Virus record (IMG/VR): IMGVR_UViG_3300042258_000071
Span: 1-64,000 of that record
From: a virus
Taxonomy: Duplodnaviria; Caudoviricetes
Reading direction: 5' to 3' (one strand)
Length of the DNA stretch: 64,000 nucleotides
Shown here: positions 20,655 to 30,385 of the stretch, one piece after another
Position numbering within the stretch: position 1 is the first letter of the stretch
Layout of the letters: every line of letters starts with the position of its first letter
Notes under the pieces: model-generated
Seen by the model: only the letters and a program-made list of their open reading frames with translations
Told to the model about the DNA's origin: nothing
The model's database searches: none
Program-made: the position numbers and the translations under genes

Positions 20655-21527
20655 GTGTTTCTTATGAATCACATCGTGACATTATCTGATTTTATTACAA
20701 AAATGAAAAATGCAGAGGGAAAGCTGCTAGAAGATTTTAAATGTTTCACAGAACCTAAGAAACTTAAAATGGTTCCTAAAGGATCTCGAAGTATTGGTCA
20801 GGCATGTTTTCAATCTCCAGACCGCCCAATGCAACGACAATGTTCTGATGAGAAAATAGGGGTGTCTCCGTCATATCCCTTTGTTCAGATTTTTCTAAAT
20901 AAGGATCTTACTCAGATAGAAGGCCCTTATGCTGAACTAGGGGGTTATCAGGAAGATTCTTCATCTAAAACCACCCTCCCATGTATTGTCATCTCAGAGC
21001 CTCTCTTAGAGATGATTCTCTCTCAGGACTTTTCAGCGGATTTATATCTATCATCCGTTATTGGGGAATATCTTAGCTATAAGATCGATCGTCCAGTGTC
21101 TCTTACGAAACATTTAGAAAAAACAGTAACAGTAGAATCTGTTGCAACGTCCCTTTATAAGGGCGGGTATGTTCGTGAGTGGATGGAGGCAGACACTTTA
21201 GCATGTCGCTATGGTGATGGGGATGAGATTATTGCGATGCATGAACAAACTCTTGCTACACTGAACACCGTCTGGCGGAAGAGGGAGTTGTCTAATCGAC
21301 TTAATAAACTCAAAAGGAGCGTCGAGTTTATTAACAAAATGAGACGATCTCATTATTTTGCGATCCGCTATGGATATGAATCATCTTTAACCTATGTTGT
21401 GTCAGACTATCGACCAGCAGCATTCATTAAAGAGACAGTGGATCGTGTGTTGGGAGGTGGGGGTACCTTACCAGGTCATCGGAAGAACTCCTTCCTTAGT
21501 AACAACAATGCCATATATAACGGATAA
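20655..21527 (+). CDS. hypothetical protein with a degenerate zinc-peptidase-like region
   Basis: EWMEADTLACRYGDG resembles the ExEADxxA motif, but no HExxH (VIGEYLS at the expected place). Confidence 0.5.
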   Translation: MFLMNHIVTLSDFITKMKNAEGKLLEDFKCFTEPKKLKMVPKGSRSIGQACFQSPDRPMQRQCSDEKIGVSPSYPFVQIFLNKDLTQIEGPYAELGGYQEDSSSKTTLPCIVISEPLLEMILSQDFSADLYLSSVIGEYLSYKIDRPVSLTKHLEKTVTVESVATSLYKGGYVREWMEADTLACRYGDGDEIIAMHEQTLATLNTVWRKRELSNRLNKLKRSVEFINKMRRSHYFAIRYGYESSLTYVVSDYRPAAFIKETVDRVLGGGGTLPGHRKNSFLSNNNAIYNG

Positions 21528-22212
21528 CTTTAACATGCTACAGCATCATCGAATGTCTATGATTGATATTCCGGCAGGTCGGATCGTGGACGAAGACATC
21601 GTTCGACTGTGTTCCGACATGGAAATGATTACACCATTTTCTGACACCATCCAAAATGCCGTACAAGGCCATGATGGCGCTTCTATTAAGCAAGTGTCAT
21701 ATGGGGTGTCATCAGCTGGTTACGATTTTCGGCTCTCCCCATACATTCTTGTTTCTAACCGGACAGTGCATCAAATTGCAGAGCATACTGAATTCTTTAA
21801 TAACCGGTATCCAACGTTTGATGTAAAGAACGTCTCAGAGATTGATCATTTTACAAGGATTGATCTGCGTAAAGAACCTGATTATAAACTTCCACCTCAT
21901 CGGTTCATGCTGGGATGCACCATGGAAGACATCTGGCTTCCTGATGATGTCATTGTGGAATTTACTGGAAAATCAACCTGGGCACGGGCAGGTCTTATGG
22001 TATTCCCAACACCAGTTGAACCTTCCTTTAAAGGATCTATCACCTTGGAATTCTTCAATGCAAATTCTGATCCATTACAATTGTATCATGGTGAGGGGAT
22101 TTGTCAAGGGATGTTTTATAAACTTCCAAAACGCCCTGCTGTGACCTACAGTGATCGGAGTGGGAAATATATGAATCAAGCCTCTGGACAACCAACTCTT
22201 CCGCGTGTATAG
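21508..22212 (+). CDS. dcd: dCTP deaminase
   Basis: SYGVSSAGYDFRL, GKSTWARAG, TPVEPSFKGSITLE, GEGICQ and Y.DR.GKY..Q motifs; start uncertain (21394, 21508 or 21535). Confidence 0.92.
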   Translation: MPYITDNFNMLQHHRMSMIDIPAGRIVDEDIVRLCSDMEMITPFSDTIQNAVQGHDGASIKQVSYGVSSAGYDFRLSPYILVSNRTVHQIAEHTEFFNNRYPTFDVKNVSEIDHFTRIDLRKEPDYKLPPHRFMLGCTMEDIWLPDDVIVEFTGKSTWARAGLMVFPTPVEPSFKGSITLEFFNANSDPLQLYHGEGICQGMFYKLPKRPAVTYSDRSGKYMNQASGQPTLPRV

Positions 22213-22277
22213 AGTGTGTTCTAAGAGAGAGCGTGGGATATCCCACGCTCTCTCTATTACTTGAATAGGGATGTGCG

Positions 22278-22676
22278 ATGTCAATGTCACAAACTTTTAA
22301 TCTAGGATCTACCGTTGTTATAAAAGATCCTTCTACAGACAGTTCTATGTCACAGGATCACCTCTCTCGTATACTTGACATTTTTAGAAGATACAGTATC
22401 TCTCAATATACAAACTATCTTCTAACAGCGGTTACTTTCAATCTATCAGAGGATAGATTTCTTCATCAAGAGTTAGAAACATCTGAATTCTCATATACAT
22501 TTAGTTCAACACTTACTCCAGATGGCATGGCGTTTATTGTTGAAGCTCAAATTTCTGTAATAGCAACTTCTCAAGATGAAGAAGATTTTGAATACCTTAT
22601 TTCTTTTCAATATTTTAATGGATCTGCCGGATGTCAAGATATTAAACTAAGTATCCCTAATAATGGGGGTATGTGA
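22278..22676 (+). CDS. hypothetical protein (132 aa)
   Basis: ORF with an SD-like sequence. Confidence 0.6.
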   Translation: MSMSQTFNLGSTVVIKDPSTDSSMSQDHLSRILDIFRRYSISQYTNYLLTAVTFNLSEDRFLHQELETSEFSYTFSSTLTPDGMAFIVEAQISVIATSQDEEDFEYLISFQYFNGSAGCQDIKLSIPNNGGM

Positions 22677-22919
22677 CAAGTCTATGGATGTATATTTTCC
22701 AATCATATTTGTGTAAAATATATCCTACGGAAAAAGTATTACAGTATGTAGTTAAGGGTGAACCCTTAAAAGTTAGAAAGTCATTCGCATGGTAGAATAT
22801 CTCGTATAACACTTATATCTACCTCATGAACTAAACTATCACAAATTCCAACGTCGGTTTTGTTTTGATTACTTATTAGGGAATGCAGTATTCCCTCCAA
22901 AATTCTAGGAGTTATTTTT

Positions 22920-23405
22920 ATGAATGAACTACAATTCAAAACTATTTCAAATGAAATGAAAGTAGAACCTATTACGGCTCTTTTTCCAGATGAAGTGGTT
23001 TATGCTGTTGTCATCGAATTATTTCATGACAATATTGATCCGTCTCCTGAGGGTGATGAATTCTACAGTCGCATCTCATTTTTCTCGACATGTTTTCGCG
23101 ACTGGTCTCTTCCAATGGTCTTTGCTCAGATTCAAGACGATGCAACTCTCTATTACAACAATGTTGACATGACTCTTCGTATTGTCTCTATAGTGAAATG
23201 TGAATACGTCATGATTCATGATTTCCCCAACGATGAATTTAAAATTCAGATGTCACGATCGATTTATCAGATGGGAACATTGTCTTCACTTATGTCTTCA
23301 CTAAATGTAATACAACCAGATGGTACCATTCAAGAAGAAGCGCGTGATCAATTCTTCATCCCTTTTATAGGGCAAGATCTTTCTCCAAAACAGGTTCCTA
23401 GTTGA
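22920..23405 (+). CDS. hypothetical protein (161 aa)
   Basis: AGGAG SD; followed by a terminator hairpin near 23428-23453. Confidence 0.7.
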   Translation: MNELQFKTISNEMKVEPITALFPDEVVYAVVIELFHDNIDPSPEGDEFYSRISFFSTCFRDWSLPMVFAQIQDDATLYYNNVDMTLRIVSIVKCEYVMIHDFPNDEFKIQMSRSIYQMGTLSSLMSSLNVIQPDGTIQEEARDQFFIPFIGQDLSPKQVPS

Positions 23406-23593
23406 ACCGTCCTAATGTCAAATAAGGAGAAGCAGGGTAGGTACCCTGCTTCTCTATTTTTCTAAGTATTAGACGTATAAAAAATCACTCATGCTGAGCA
23501 TTTTGAGTACAAATTCTTATAGTAATGGATAATGTTGTTCATAATACTTTAACGATATATAACTATTTTAGTATTTCATATCTAGGGGATCTA

Positions 23594-24025
23594 ATGATGG
23601 ATAAAATCATCTCACGTCTTATAATGCTTATTGCGATTATAGGACTATTCGTTGCACCCATGCTTGTTCAGGGTGGAACAATTGATAACCTGAAATTCAA
23701 TCAAGACAAAGATATTGATTGCTGGGAAATTCCAATCGACACGATGCCTCGGTTGAGATGTACTACTAAGAATAATGCCAGGTTTGAAGAATGGCTGACA
23801 ACACTGGCTCAACCTAACATGTGGGATGAAGGTGAGCCCCTCAATTTTAAAGAACCCATCTGGCAACACGAGTTTAGCTTCTGTATACTGGGGCTTCCAG
23901 ATGACAGTGCCATTAAACGCACGGTGCTTAAATCTGAGTGCTATGGGTATATCCTTCGAGCACAAATTCTTTACATTCTCGAGCGGGTAACTCCTAAAGA
24001 GTTTATTCTCGAAAATAAAAAGTGA
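23594..24025 (+). CDS. putative exported or membrane-anchored protein
   Basis: MMDKIISRLIMLIAIIGLFVAPMLVQG signal-peptide-like N-terminus after a GGGG SD. Confidence 0.6.
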   Translation: MMDKIISRLIMLIAIIGLFVAPMLVQGGTIDNLKFNQDKDIDCWEIPIDTMPRLRCTTKNNARFEEWLTTLAQPNMWDEGEPLNFKEPIWQHEFSFCILGLPDDSAIKRTVLKSECYGYILRAQILYILERVTPKEFILENKK

Positions 24026-24088
24026 ACCGTTACAAGCTATACTCATGCTTGTAGTAAGACTGCAAACTTCATCTCGTGAGGCAGTATA

Positions 24089-24715
24089 ATGACCCAACAA
24101 AAGATTAAAAACCCTATCAAGACGGTCTACCGAGCAGATCGACAAGGTCTAAATATCGAAAACCCCGGAACCTTCATTCAGGGCTGGTTTGAGAAAGACA
24201 GTTTTTTTAGTCTCATCAACTTTTGTATCAACAATGATATCCCAAGATACTGCAAACCTCCATATAGCCAGTTCCACCTCTCTATGTTACGGACGCCAAA
24301 AACTGTTAATTTTAAAACAGAAAGCTACTGTAAACCCATCACAGTTAAAGCATCTGATATCAGTCTCAATGCCAATCCTCGTGGGGACAAGATGTGGCAG
24401 TTAAGACTCGATCTTAAATCTGAGATACTGAGTCAACGAATTACTTATCTTAGATTTAAAGCTGGTATGGCAGATCATAGAGACATTCTTTCTAAAAAAG
24501 GCATGGACATGTCACATCTCCATGTCACGCTATCGTACGCCGTTGATGAGGTATGGCTTCGACAATTTGCAGTAAAAGACGTTAAGTTCAAACAAGACTT
24601 AACTATTGTTGGGGAGAAAGTCTTTGCCATGGGGGGTGCTAAGGTTGATCCTGAGAGACGCATGAATCATTATAATGCGGAGGTTGCGAACCTCAAAAGA
24701 CGAGGGTACTTCTAA
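24089..24715 (+). CDS. 2H phosphoesterase, Acb1 (T4 57B)-like candidate anti-CBASS nuclease
   Basis: Two Hx(S/T) motifs about 80 aa apart (FHLSML and LHVTLSY); HxTLSY resembles the second motif of Acb1. Confidence 0.6.
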   Translation: MTQQKIKNPIKTVYRADRQGLNIENPGTFIQGWFEKDSFFSLINFCINNDIPRYCKPPYSQFHLSMLRTPKTVNFKTESYCKPITVKASDISLNANPRGDKMWQLRLDLKSEILSQRITYLRFKAGMADHRDILSKKGMDMSHLHVTLSYAVDEVWLRQFAVKDVKFKQDLTIVGEKVFAMGGAKVDPERRMNHYNAEVANLKRRGYF

Positions 24716-24781
24716 CCAGTTTTAATATGAGGGGTGAACATATGTGTTCACCCTTTTATTTTTTTATAGGAATATATTTAG

Positions 24782-25363
24782 ATGCATCTCGACATCGACA
24801 TGTCAGATCTTACATCCCCTTGTTCTGTTATATTTGATACGTCAGATGTTTTAATGAACCCCACTTTATCTCAAAAATATTTAAATATTCACCCTCATCA
24901 ACATGCCTGTATTCGTCTGTTACCTAAACAGTGGGAAGATCATAAAGAATTATCTCTTGTAACAACGTTCTTTTATCCTTTTGGTAAGGTGAATATTTTA
25001 GGGAAATCTATAGACAACTTAAAAGACGTCATTAAACAGAACTTCCATCATCAGATGATCCCGTTAAAATATGAAAATGATCTCTTAACAAAAGAACGCC
25101 TTTTGGCAACATTAACCGATTTGGTAAGTGCAAAACCTTCTGATAAAATTATAACTTTAAAGCATACCTCAAAATTAACAGATAAGGTAACTGAGCACAT
25201 ATTTTTACATGGGTGCTTAACGACTCATCGTAAGTTTATCCAGTATCAATACACTAATAATGATGCAACAGGGTTGTTTCATCGATATCAAATTCTATCT
25301 CAGAACAGTGAAGGTAAAATTCATGTAGGTACTTACACTCTTAGAAAACTTTTAAAGTATTAA
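24782..25363 (+). CDS. hypothetical protein (193 aa)
   Basis: ORF, no recognised motif. Confidence 0.6.
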   Translation: MHLDIDMSDLTSPCSVIFDTSDVLMNPTLSQKYLNIHPHQHACIRLLPKQWEDHKELSLVTTFFYPFGKVNILGKSIDNLKDVIKQNFHHQMIPLKYENDLLTKERLLATLTDLVSAKPSDKIITLKHTSKLTDKVTEHIFLHGCLTTHRKFIQYQYTNNDATGLFHRYQILSQNSEGKIHVGTYTLRKLLKY

Positions 25364-25650
25364 TGTTATGGACATTTCAGTTTTTCATGTTGGTTTTCCT
25401 GATATGTCTTTCCTCCCTCAAGAGTATATTCTAATTGATAGACACTGGTGATGCATATGTCTCTTAGAGTGTATTCTACCTTGTTCTTGTATAGTGAGAA
25501 CCCATGAGAGGTCCCTTAAGGGACCTCTCATGGTTATTTTGTGTGTTTTAATGCCGTAAAGGTATAGATTGTTTTTCTAACAGATATTTCATAATGTGTT
25601 ATGACTAAGGAGGAGGTATCAGGACTTTAAGGGTATCTGGATATCATTAG
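25361..25650 (+). ncRNA. candidate structured non-coding RNA
   Basis: Long-range pairing of 25397-25416 with 25609-25624 encloses several hairpins, including a 14-bp stem with 3 G-U pairs (25421-25434/25464-25477). Confidence 0.35.
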
Positions 25651-25661
25651 ATGCGGAGAAG

Positions 25662-25692
25662 TAAGAGGAAGGGGAGACTCCCCTTCCTCTTA
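25662..25692. terminator. bidirectional terminator at the end of the tail operon
   Basis: taagaggaagggga-gac-tccccttcctctta plus T-run. Confidence 0.85.
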
Positions 25693-25710
25693 TTATTTTT
25701 TTTTGTTAAT

Positions 25711-26160
25711 TCACAGAGTAGATGCTTCAATAAAGAGGTTATCGATGTCTTGACTTGTTAAAGAGAGTTCGTCTCCAACCAAAGAAATCCATTCCCAGTT
25801 ACGCCAAATCTCTGTTGCGTATTCCCAATCGATTTTAACTTTGGCTTTAAGAGTAACATCTTCAATATTGTCAATAATGGTTTCAGTAGATGCTAGAAGA
25901 TCGTGATTTAAAAGAACCGTACGAGCTTGTCGCATAGAGATTTTGGTGGGGACTACAATTGGAGGAACCGGATATGTCTCTCGGATAAAGTATTTAGCCC
26001 CGTCCCAAATAGCAACTTGTGTCCCCGTCAAAGAAGGTGGTACATGTCTTACCCAGTTAGGTTTACGTCCTTGTTTCGGATCATACTCTTTAAAATTTCC
26101 TGTATAAATATTTTTATCATCAAGTTCATAAATGTAAATGACTTCTATTTCTTCAACCAT
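25711..26160 (-). CDS. tail fibre assembly chaperone-like protein
   Basis: IYELD..NIYTG N-terminus; ISMRQAR..L, WEYATEIWRN and LTSQDIDNLFIEA motifs; directly downstream of the collar-domain genes. Confidence 0.75.
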   Translation of the reverse strand: MVEEIEVIYIYELDDKNIYTGNFKEYDPKQGRKPNWVRHVPPSLTGTQVAIWDGAKYFIRETYPVPPIVVPTKISMRQARTVLLNHDLLASTETIIDNIEDVTLKAKVKIDWEYATEIWRNWEWISLVGDELSLTSQDIDNLFIEASTL

Positions 26161-28004
26161 GCTTTTACACCTTCATCAAAAGTTGTTGTATCATAATTAG
26201 GGAGTTTAAATTCAGTAGATTCATTATACGAGTAACTTACACTTTTAGATATAAGAGTGAAATAGGGAGAATCATAATGAGCGGTAGCTAATAACGCCCC
26301 ATCCGGGGAGAATGCACATCCATATCCCGTAAACGGTAATATAGGTGTTCCACTCACCACACTCCAGTCTGAAGTGTTGAGAATCGTTAAATATGGAGAA
26401 CCAGTGTGCCCTATAGCTAAATAGTTACCATCTGGAGAAAAAGAGCATTTTCTCCCAATACCTGCTAAAGTAGGTGTTCCACTTACTATACTCCAGTCAA
26501 AGGTATTGAGAATTGTTAAATATGGTGAGGAGTTGAAGCCTATAGCTAAGTAAGTTCCATCAGGGGAGAATGCGCATCCATTCCCATAACCGGATAAAGT
26601 AGGTGTTCCACTCACTGTTGACCAGTCTGAGGTGTTAAGGATGGTGATGTATGGTGACCCTCCATGCGCTATAGCTAATAATGTTCCATCTGGAGAAAAT
26701 TTTATACTTCTCCCAATACCGGCTAAAGTAGGTGTTCCACTCACCACACTCCAATCGGAGGTGTTTAAGATGGTTAAATATGGTGAGGAATTGAAGCCTA
26801 CAGCTAAATAATTCCCATCTGGTGAAAAAGAGCATCCCCCCCCATAACCGGATAAAGTAGGTGTTCCACTTACTATTGACCAATCTGAAGTATTAAGGAT
26901 AGTTAGATAAGGAGAAACACTGTGTGTCACAGCTAGTAATGTCCCATCCGGGGAGAACGATGGCATCGATCCAATATATGCTAAAGTAGGTGTTCCACTT
27001 ACTATACTCCAGTCAGAAGTGTTTAAGATGGTTAAACCTGGGGGACCATCAAGAGCTACAGCTAATAACGCCCCATCTGAGGAGAATACGCATCCGTATC
27101 CATCATCCGGTAACGTAGGTGTTCCACTCACCACCTCAGTTGGCGCACTACTTACCCCACCAATTAACCCAACCTGAGCATATAGATCAGGTGCTTGGGA
27201 TTGCAGTAAAATGGTACCATCTGCATTCACATATCCTTTAGATGATAGATTATCTGTGGAATATAGTAAATCGCCAGTCTTAATAGGTCGACCATAAGGT
27301 CCATCAGATTTAATAATGTCATGTCCAGAGATGGCTTTTGAGAACATACCAATTTGTAGGTTCCACACCATTCGACCAGGAGCTTTGACATTTATGGGTC
27401 CCGTGGAAGGAGATGTGAGATAAGTATGTATTTCTTTAACTCTACGTCCTTCAGAAATATCACGAACATTAGCAGTTAATTGAATTGACGCACCATTCCA
27501 ACCGCTAGTACTTGTAACAGTACCAACAGGAAACATACTAGGGTACAGGTTGTTTACAACTGATACCGATGTAAAATCACTATCATAAGCATAAGGAACC
27601 TCTAGATGTTTAAAGGTAAAAACATACGTACTATCATCTTCAAATACTAGTCTCAGCTGGACGTTCCGGTCAGGTTTTCCATCGTCCAAGTCAGGATCTG
27701 CAGTTGTACCACTTGCTGAGTCAGCATCAAACCCTATAATACTGATTTCTTCCGGAGTATCAAACCTCCATGCAGGACTTATAGTTCTACTTAAGGGATT
27801 TCTCGAAAATTCCAATTCTAAAGGGACTCTGTACCCTGCAAACGGGGAATACACCATTGGTTGATACACCGATTCTGTAATATAAGCAACCCCAGGATCG
27901 ATGCGAGTGAGTATTCCTTTACTTGTTGTTGAAGTTTCCAGTAGATCATCTAATTCAAGATCAGAACCTTTAGGTGTAAGATCACCAATCGTCACATCAG
28001 CCAT
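26145..28004 (-). CDS. tail-collar/7-bladed beta-propeller receptor-binding protein 3 (with an extra ~190-aa beta-rich domain)
   Basis: Collar halves GDLLYS...GYVNADGTILLQSQAPDLYAQVG and TEFKLPNY flank seven 43-aa FSPDG repeats. Confidence 0.8.
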   Translation of the reverse strand: MADVTIGDLTPKGSDLELDDLLETSTTSKGILTRIDPGVAYITESVYQPMVYSPFAGYRVPLELEFSRNPLSRTISPAWRFDTPEEISIIGFDADSASGTTADPDLDDGKPDRNVQLRLVFEDDSTYVFTFKHLEVPYAYDSDFTSVSVVNNLYPSMFPVGTVTSTSGWNGASIQLTANVRDISEGRRVKEIHTYLTSPSTGPINVKAPGRMVWNLQIGMFSKAISGHDIIKSDGPYGRPIKTGDLLYSTDNLSSKGYVNADGTILLQSQAPDLYAQVGLIGGVSSAPTEVVSGTPTLPDDGYGCVFSSDGALLAVALDGPPGLTILNTSDWSIVSGTPTLAYIGSMPSFSPDGTLLAVTHSVSPYLTILNTSDWSIVSGTPTLSGYGGGCSFSPDGNYLAVGFNSSPYLTILNTSDWSVVSGTPTLAGIGRSIKFSPDGTLLAIAHGGSPYITILNTSDWSTVSGTPTLSGYGNGCAFSPDGTYLAIGFNSSPYLTILNTFDWSIVSGTPTLAGIGRKCSFSPDGNYLAIGHTGSPYLTILNTSDWSVVSGTPILPFTGYGCAFSPDGALLATAHYDSPYFTLISKSVSYSYNESTEFKLPNYDTTTFDEGVKAWLKK

Positions 28005-30385
28005 ATTCTACATACCTTTATCATGGAGATGGATCTGCTTGTATCCATGGTTTAACAGAAGTGTCAAATTCATCTGCATCTAAATAGTTAGGAAGTTTAA
28101 ACTCAGTAGATTCATCATAAGAGTATTCTACACTCCTAGTTATAAGAGTGAAATAGGGAGAACCCGTATGTCCAACAGTTAGATACATCCCATTGGGAGA
28201 GAATGCTGCATTCCTTCCATGGCTCACTAACGTAGGTGTTCCACTCACCACACTCCAATCGGAGGTGTTAAGTATCATTAAGTATGGAGACGCGTCGTGT
28301 CCTATAGCTAGCAATGTCCCATCTTGGGAAAATGCGACCCCCCGACCAAACCCTGCTAAAGGTGGTGTTCCACTCACAACAGACCAGTCAGAGGTATTGA
28401 GAACTGTTAAATATGGAGTACCCGCATGTCCTATAGCTAGCAATGTCCCATCTGGGGAGAATACGCAGCTATGGCCATTACCCGGTAGAGTAGATACACC
28501 ACTCACAACACTCCAGTCAGACGTGTTAAGTATGGTAACATAAGGGGACCCATAATACGCTACAGCTAAATAATTACCATCTGGAGAAAAGGAGGAGCTA
28601 ACTCCAATACCAGACAATACAGGTGTCCCACCAACCACACTCCAATCGGAGGTGTTAAGTATCATTAAGTATGGAGACGCGTCGTGTCCTATAGCTAGCA
28701 ATGTCCCATCTGGGGAGAATGTAACGCCACGACCATAGTAGACTAAAGTAGGTGTTCCACTCACAACACTCCAGTCAGAAGTGTTAAAGATGGTTAAATA
28801 TGGTGAACCGTTATGTCCAACGGCTAAATAGTTTCCATCTGGGGAGAATGCTGCGCCATACCCAGTGTATGGTAACGTTGGTGTCCCACTTACAACAGAC
28901 CAGTCTGAAGTATTAAGGATGGTGAGATAGGGCGAGACGTCATGCGCTATAGCTAAATAGGTTCCATTAGGTGAGAAGGAGCATCCATATCCAGTACCTG
29001 TTAAAGTAGGTGTTCCACTTACAACTTCTGTATGCGTTCCAAATATTCCACCTATAAGTCCAACTTTACTATAGAGTTGAGGATATGTAGATTGAAGATA
29101 GATAGTACCATCAGGTAAAAGATAGTCTAACGCACTTAAATCACGTACACTATATTTAACAGAACCTACGCCAACTAAGGAAAGGTTCGTAATAATGCCT
29201 GATAAGAATTGTTCTCCCGTAATAGATCTTGAAGCAAGTGATTCTCCAACAGTTGTTGTAACTTCTAGAAGATCTGTAGAAGATAAATTCGATCCCTTAG
29301 GTGTGAGTGTTGTGAGTTTAGCATCTGCCATAATAAAATCCTTTTTAAACGGCTCTTATCCAAGGTTTAATTTTAAGATAATCCCCAAAATGGACTGAAG
29401 CAGTATTCCATGTCGGGAGTTTAAACTCAGTAGCTTCATTATAAGAATATTCTACACTTTTAGATATGATAGTTAAACATGTGGAGCCCCCATGCCCAAC
29501 AGCTAAATAGTTTCCATCTTGGGTAAATGAACAGCTTTGTCCAGCAGACTGAAATACAGTTGCCCCACTCACATCCAGTATTGGCGTACCACTTACCACG
29601 CTCCAATCTGAGGTGTTAAGGATCGTTAAGTAGGGTGAATATAGATGCCCAACAGCTAAATAGTTTCCATCTGATGAAAAAGAACATCCAAATCCATTCC
29701 CCGGTAATGTAGGTGTTCCACTTACTATGCTCCAGTCTGAGAGGTTGATGATAGTTAAGTATGGAGAACTCTCAGAAACTACAGCTAACAAGGTCCCATC
29801 TGGTGAAAAAGAACAACTAACGCCAATACCCGGTAATGTAGGTGTTCCACTCACTACACTCCAGTCTGAAGTATTAAGAACGGTTAGATATGGGGAACCC
29901 GCATGCCCTATGGCTAAATAATTACCATCTGGTGAGAATGAACAACAACGTGCAGCACTAACCGTGGTTGGCACTCCGCTCACCACAGACCAGTCTGAGG
30001 TGTTAAGGATGGAGAACCCTGGTGAAGTTCCATAAGCTAAAGCTAATAATGCCCCATCTGGTGAGAATGCGCACCCATATACTCTGTCTGGTAACGTGGG
30101 TGTTCCACTCACTACACTCCAGTCAGAAGTGTTAAGGATCATTAAACAAGGTGAATCTATATGCCCAATGGAAAGTAAAGATCCATCTGGTGAGAATGTA
30201 CAACTGAGTCCGGCAAATGCCAACGTGGGTGTTCCACTCACTACACTCCAGTCAGAAGTGTTGAGGATGGTTAAATGTGCCGATCCTGACCCGTCATGTG
30301 CTGTAGCCAGCAATGTCCCATCTGGTGAGAATGCGCACTCATATACAGTACCGGGTAATGCTGGTGTTCCACTTACAACCTCCGT
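26250..30385 (-). repeat. three arrays of seven ~129-bp coding tandem repeats (21 units)
   Basis: taggtgttccact recurs at 26342, 26471, 26600, 26729, 26858, 26987 and 27116 (129-bp period); same unit in 28140-29025 and 29460-30385. Confidence 0.95.
28021..29331 (-). CDS. tail-collar/7-bladed beta-propeller receptor-binding protein 2
   Basis: VGSVKYS...YLLPDGTIYLQSTYPQLYSKVG, then 7 repeats, then TEFKLPNY. Confidence 0.8.
   Translation of the reverse strand: MADAKLTTLTPKGSNLSSTDLLEVTTTVGESLASRSITGEQFLSGIITNLSLVGVGSVKYSVRDLSALDYLLPDGTIYLQSTYPQLYSKVGLIGGIFGTHTEVVSGTPTLTGTGYGCSFSPNGTYLAIAHDVSPYLTILNTSDWSVVSGTPTLPYTGYGAAFSPDGNYLAVGHNGSPYLTIFNTSDWSVVSGTPTLVYYGRGVTFSPDGTLLAIGHDASPYLMILNTSDWSVVGGTPVLSGIGVSSSFSPDGNYLAVAYYGSPYVTILNTSDWSVVSGVSTLPGNGHSCVFSPDGTLLAIGHAGTPYLTVLNTSDWSVVSGTPPLAGFGRGVAFSQDGTLLAIGHDASPYLMILNTSDWSVVSGTPTLVSHGRNAAFSPNGMYLTVGHTGSPYFTLITRSVEYSYDESTEFKLPNYLDADEFDTSVKPWIQADPSP

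Noticed and set aside
21508-22212. dCTP deaminase as evidence of uracil-substituted DNA
   Set aside because: dcd is common in ordinary thymine-DNA jumbo phages; nothing else in the window supports it
25368-25451. 27-aa ORF as a type I toxin
   Set aside because: The peptide lacks a transmembrane-length hydrophobic stretch and a clear SD; kept only as part of the ncRNA candidate
26250-30385. CRISPR array or DGR template/variable repeats
   Set aside because: The units are in-frame 129-bp coding repeats with degenerate third positions, not repeat-spacer arrays; no cas or reverse transcriptase gene is in the window, and I saw no non-coding template copy or adenine-restricted differences
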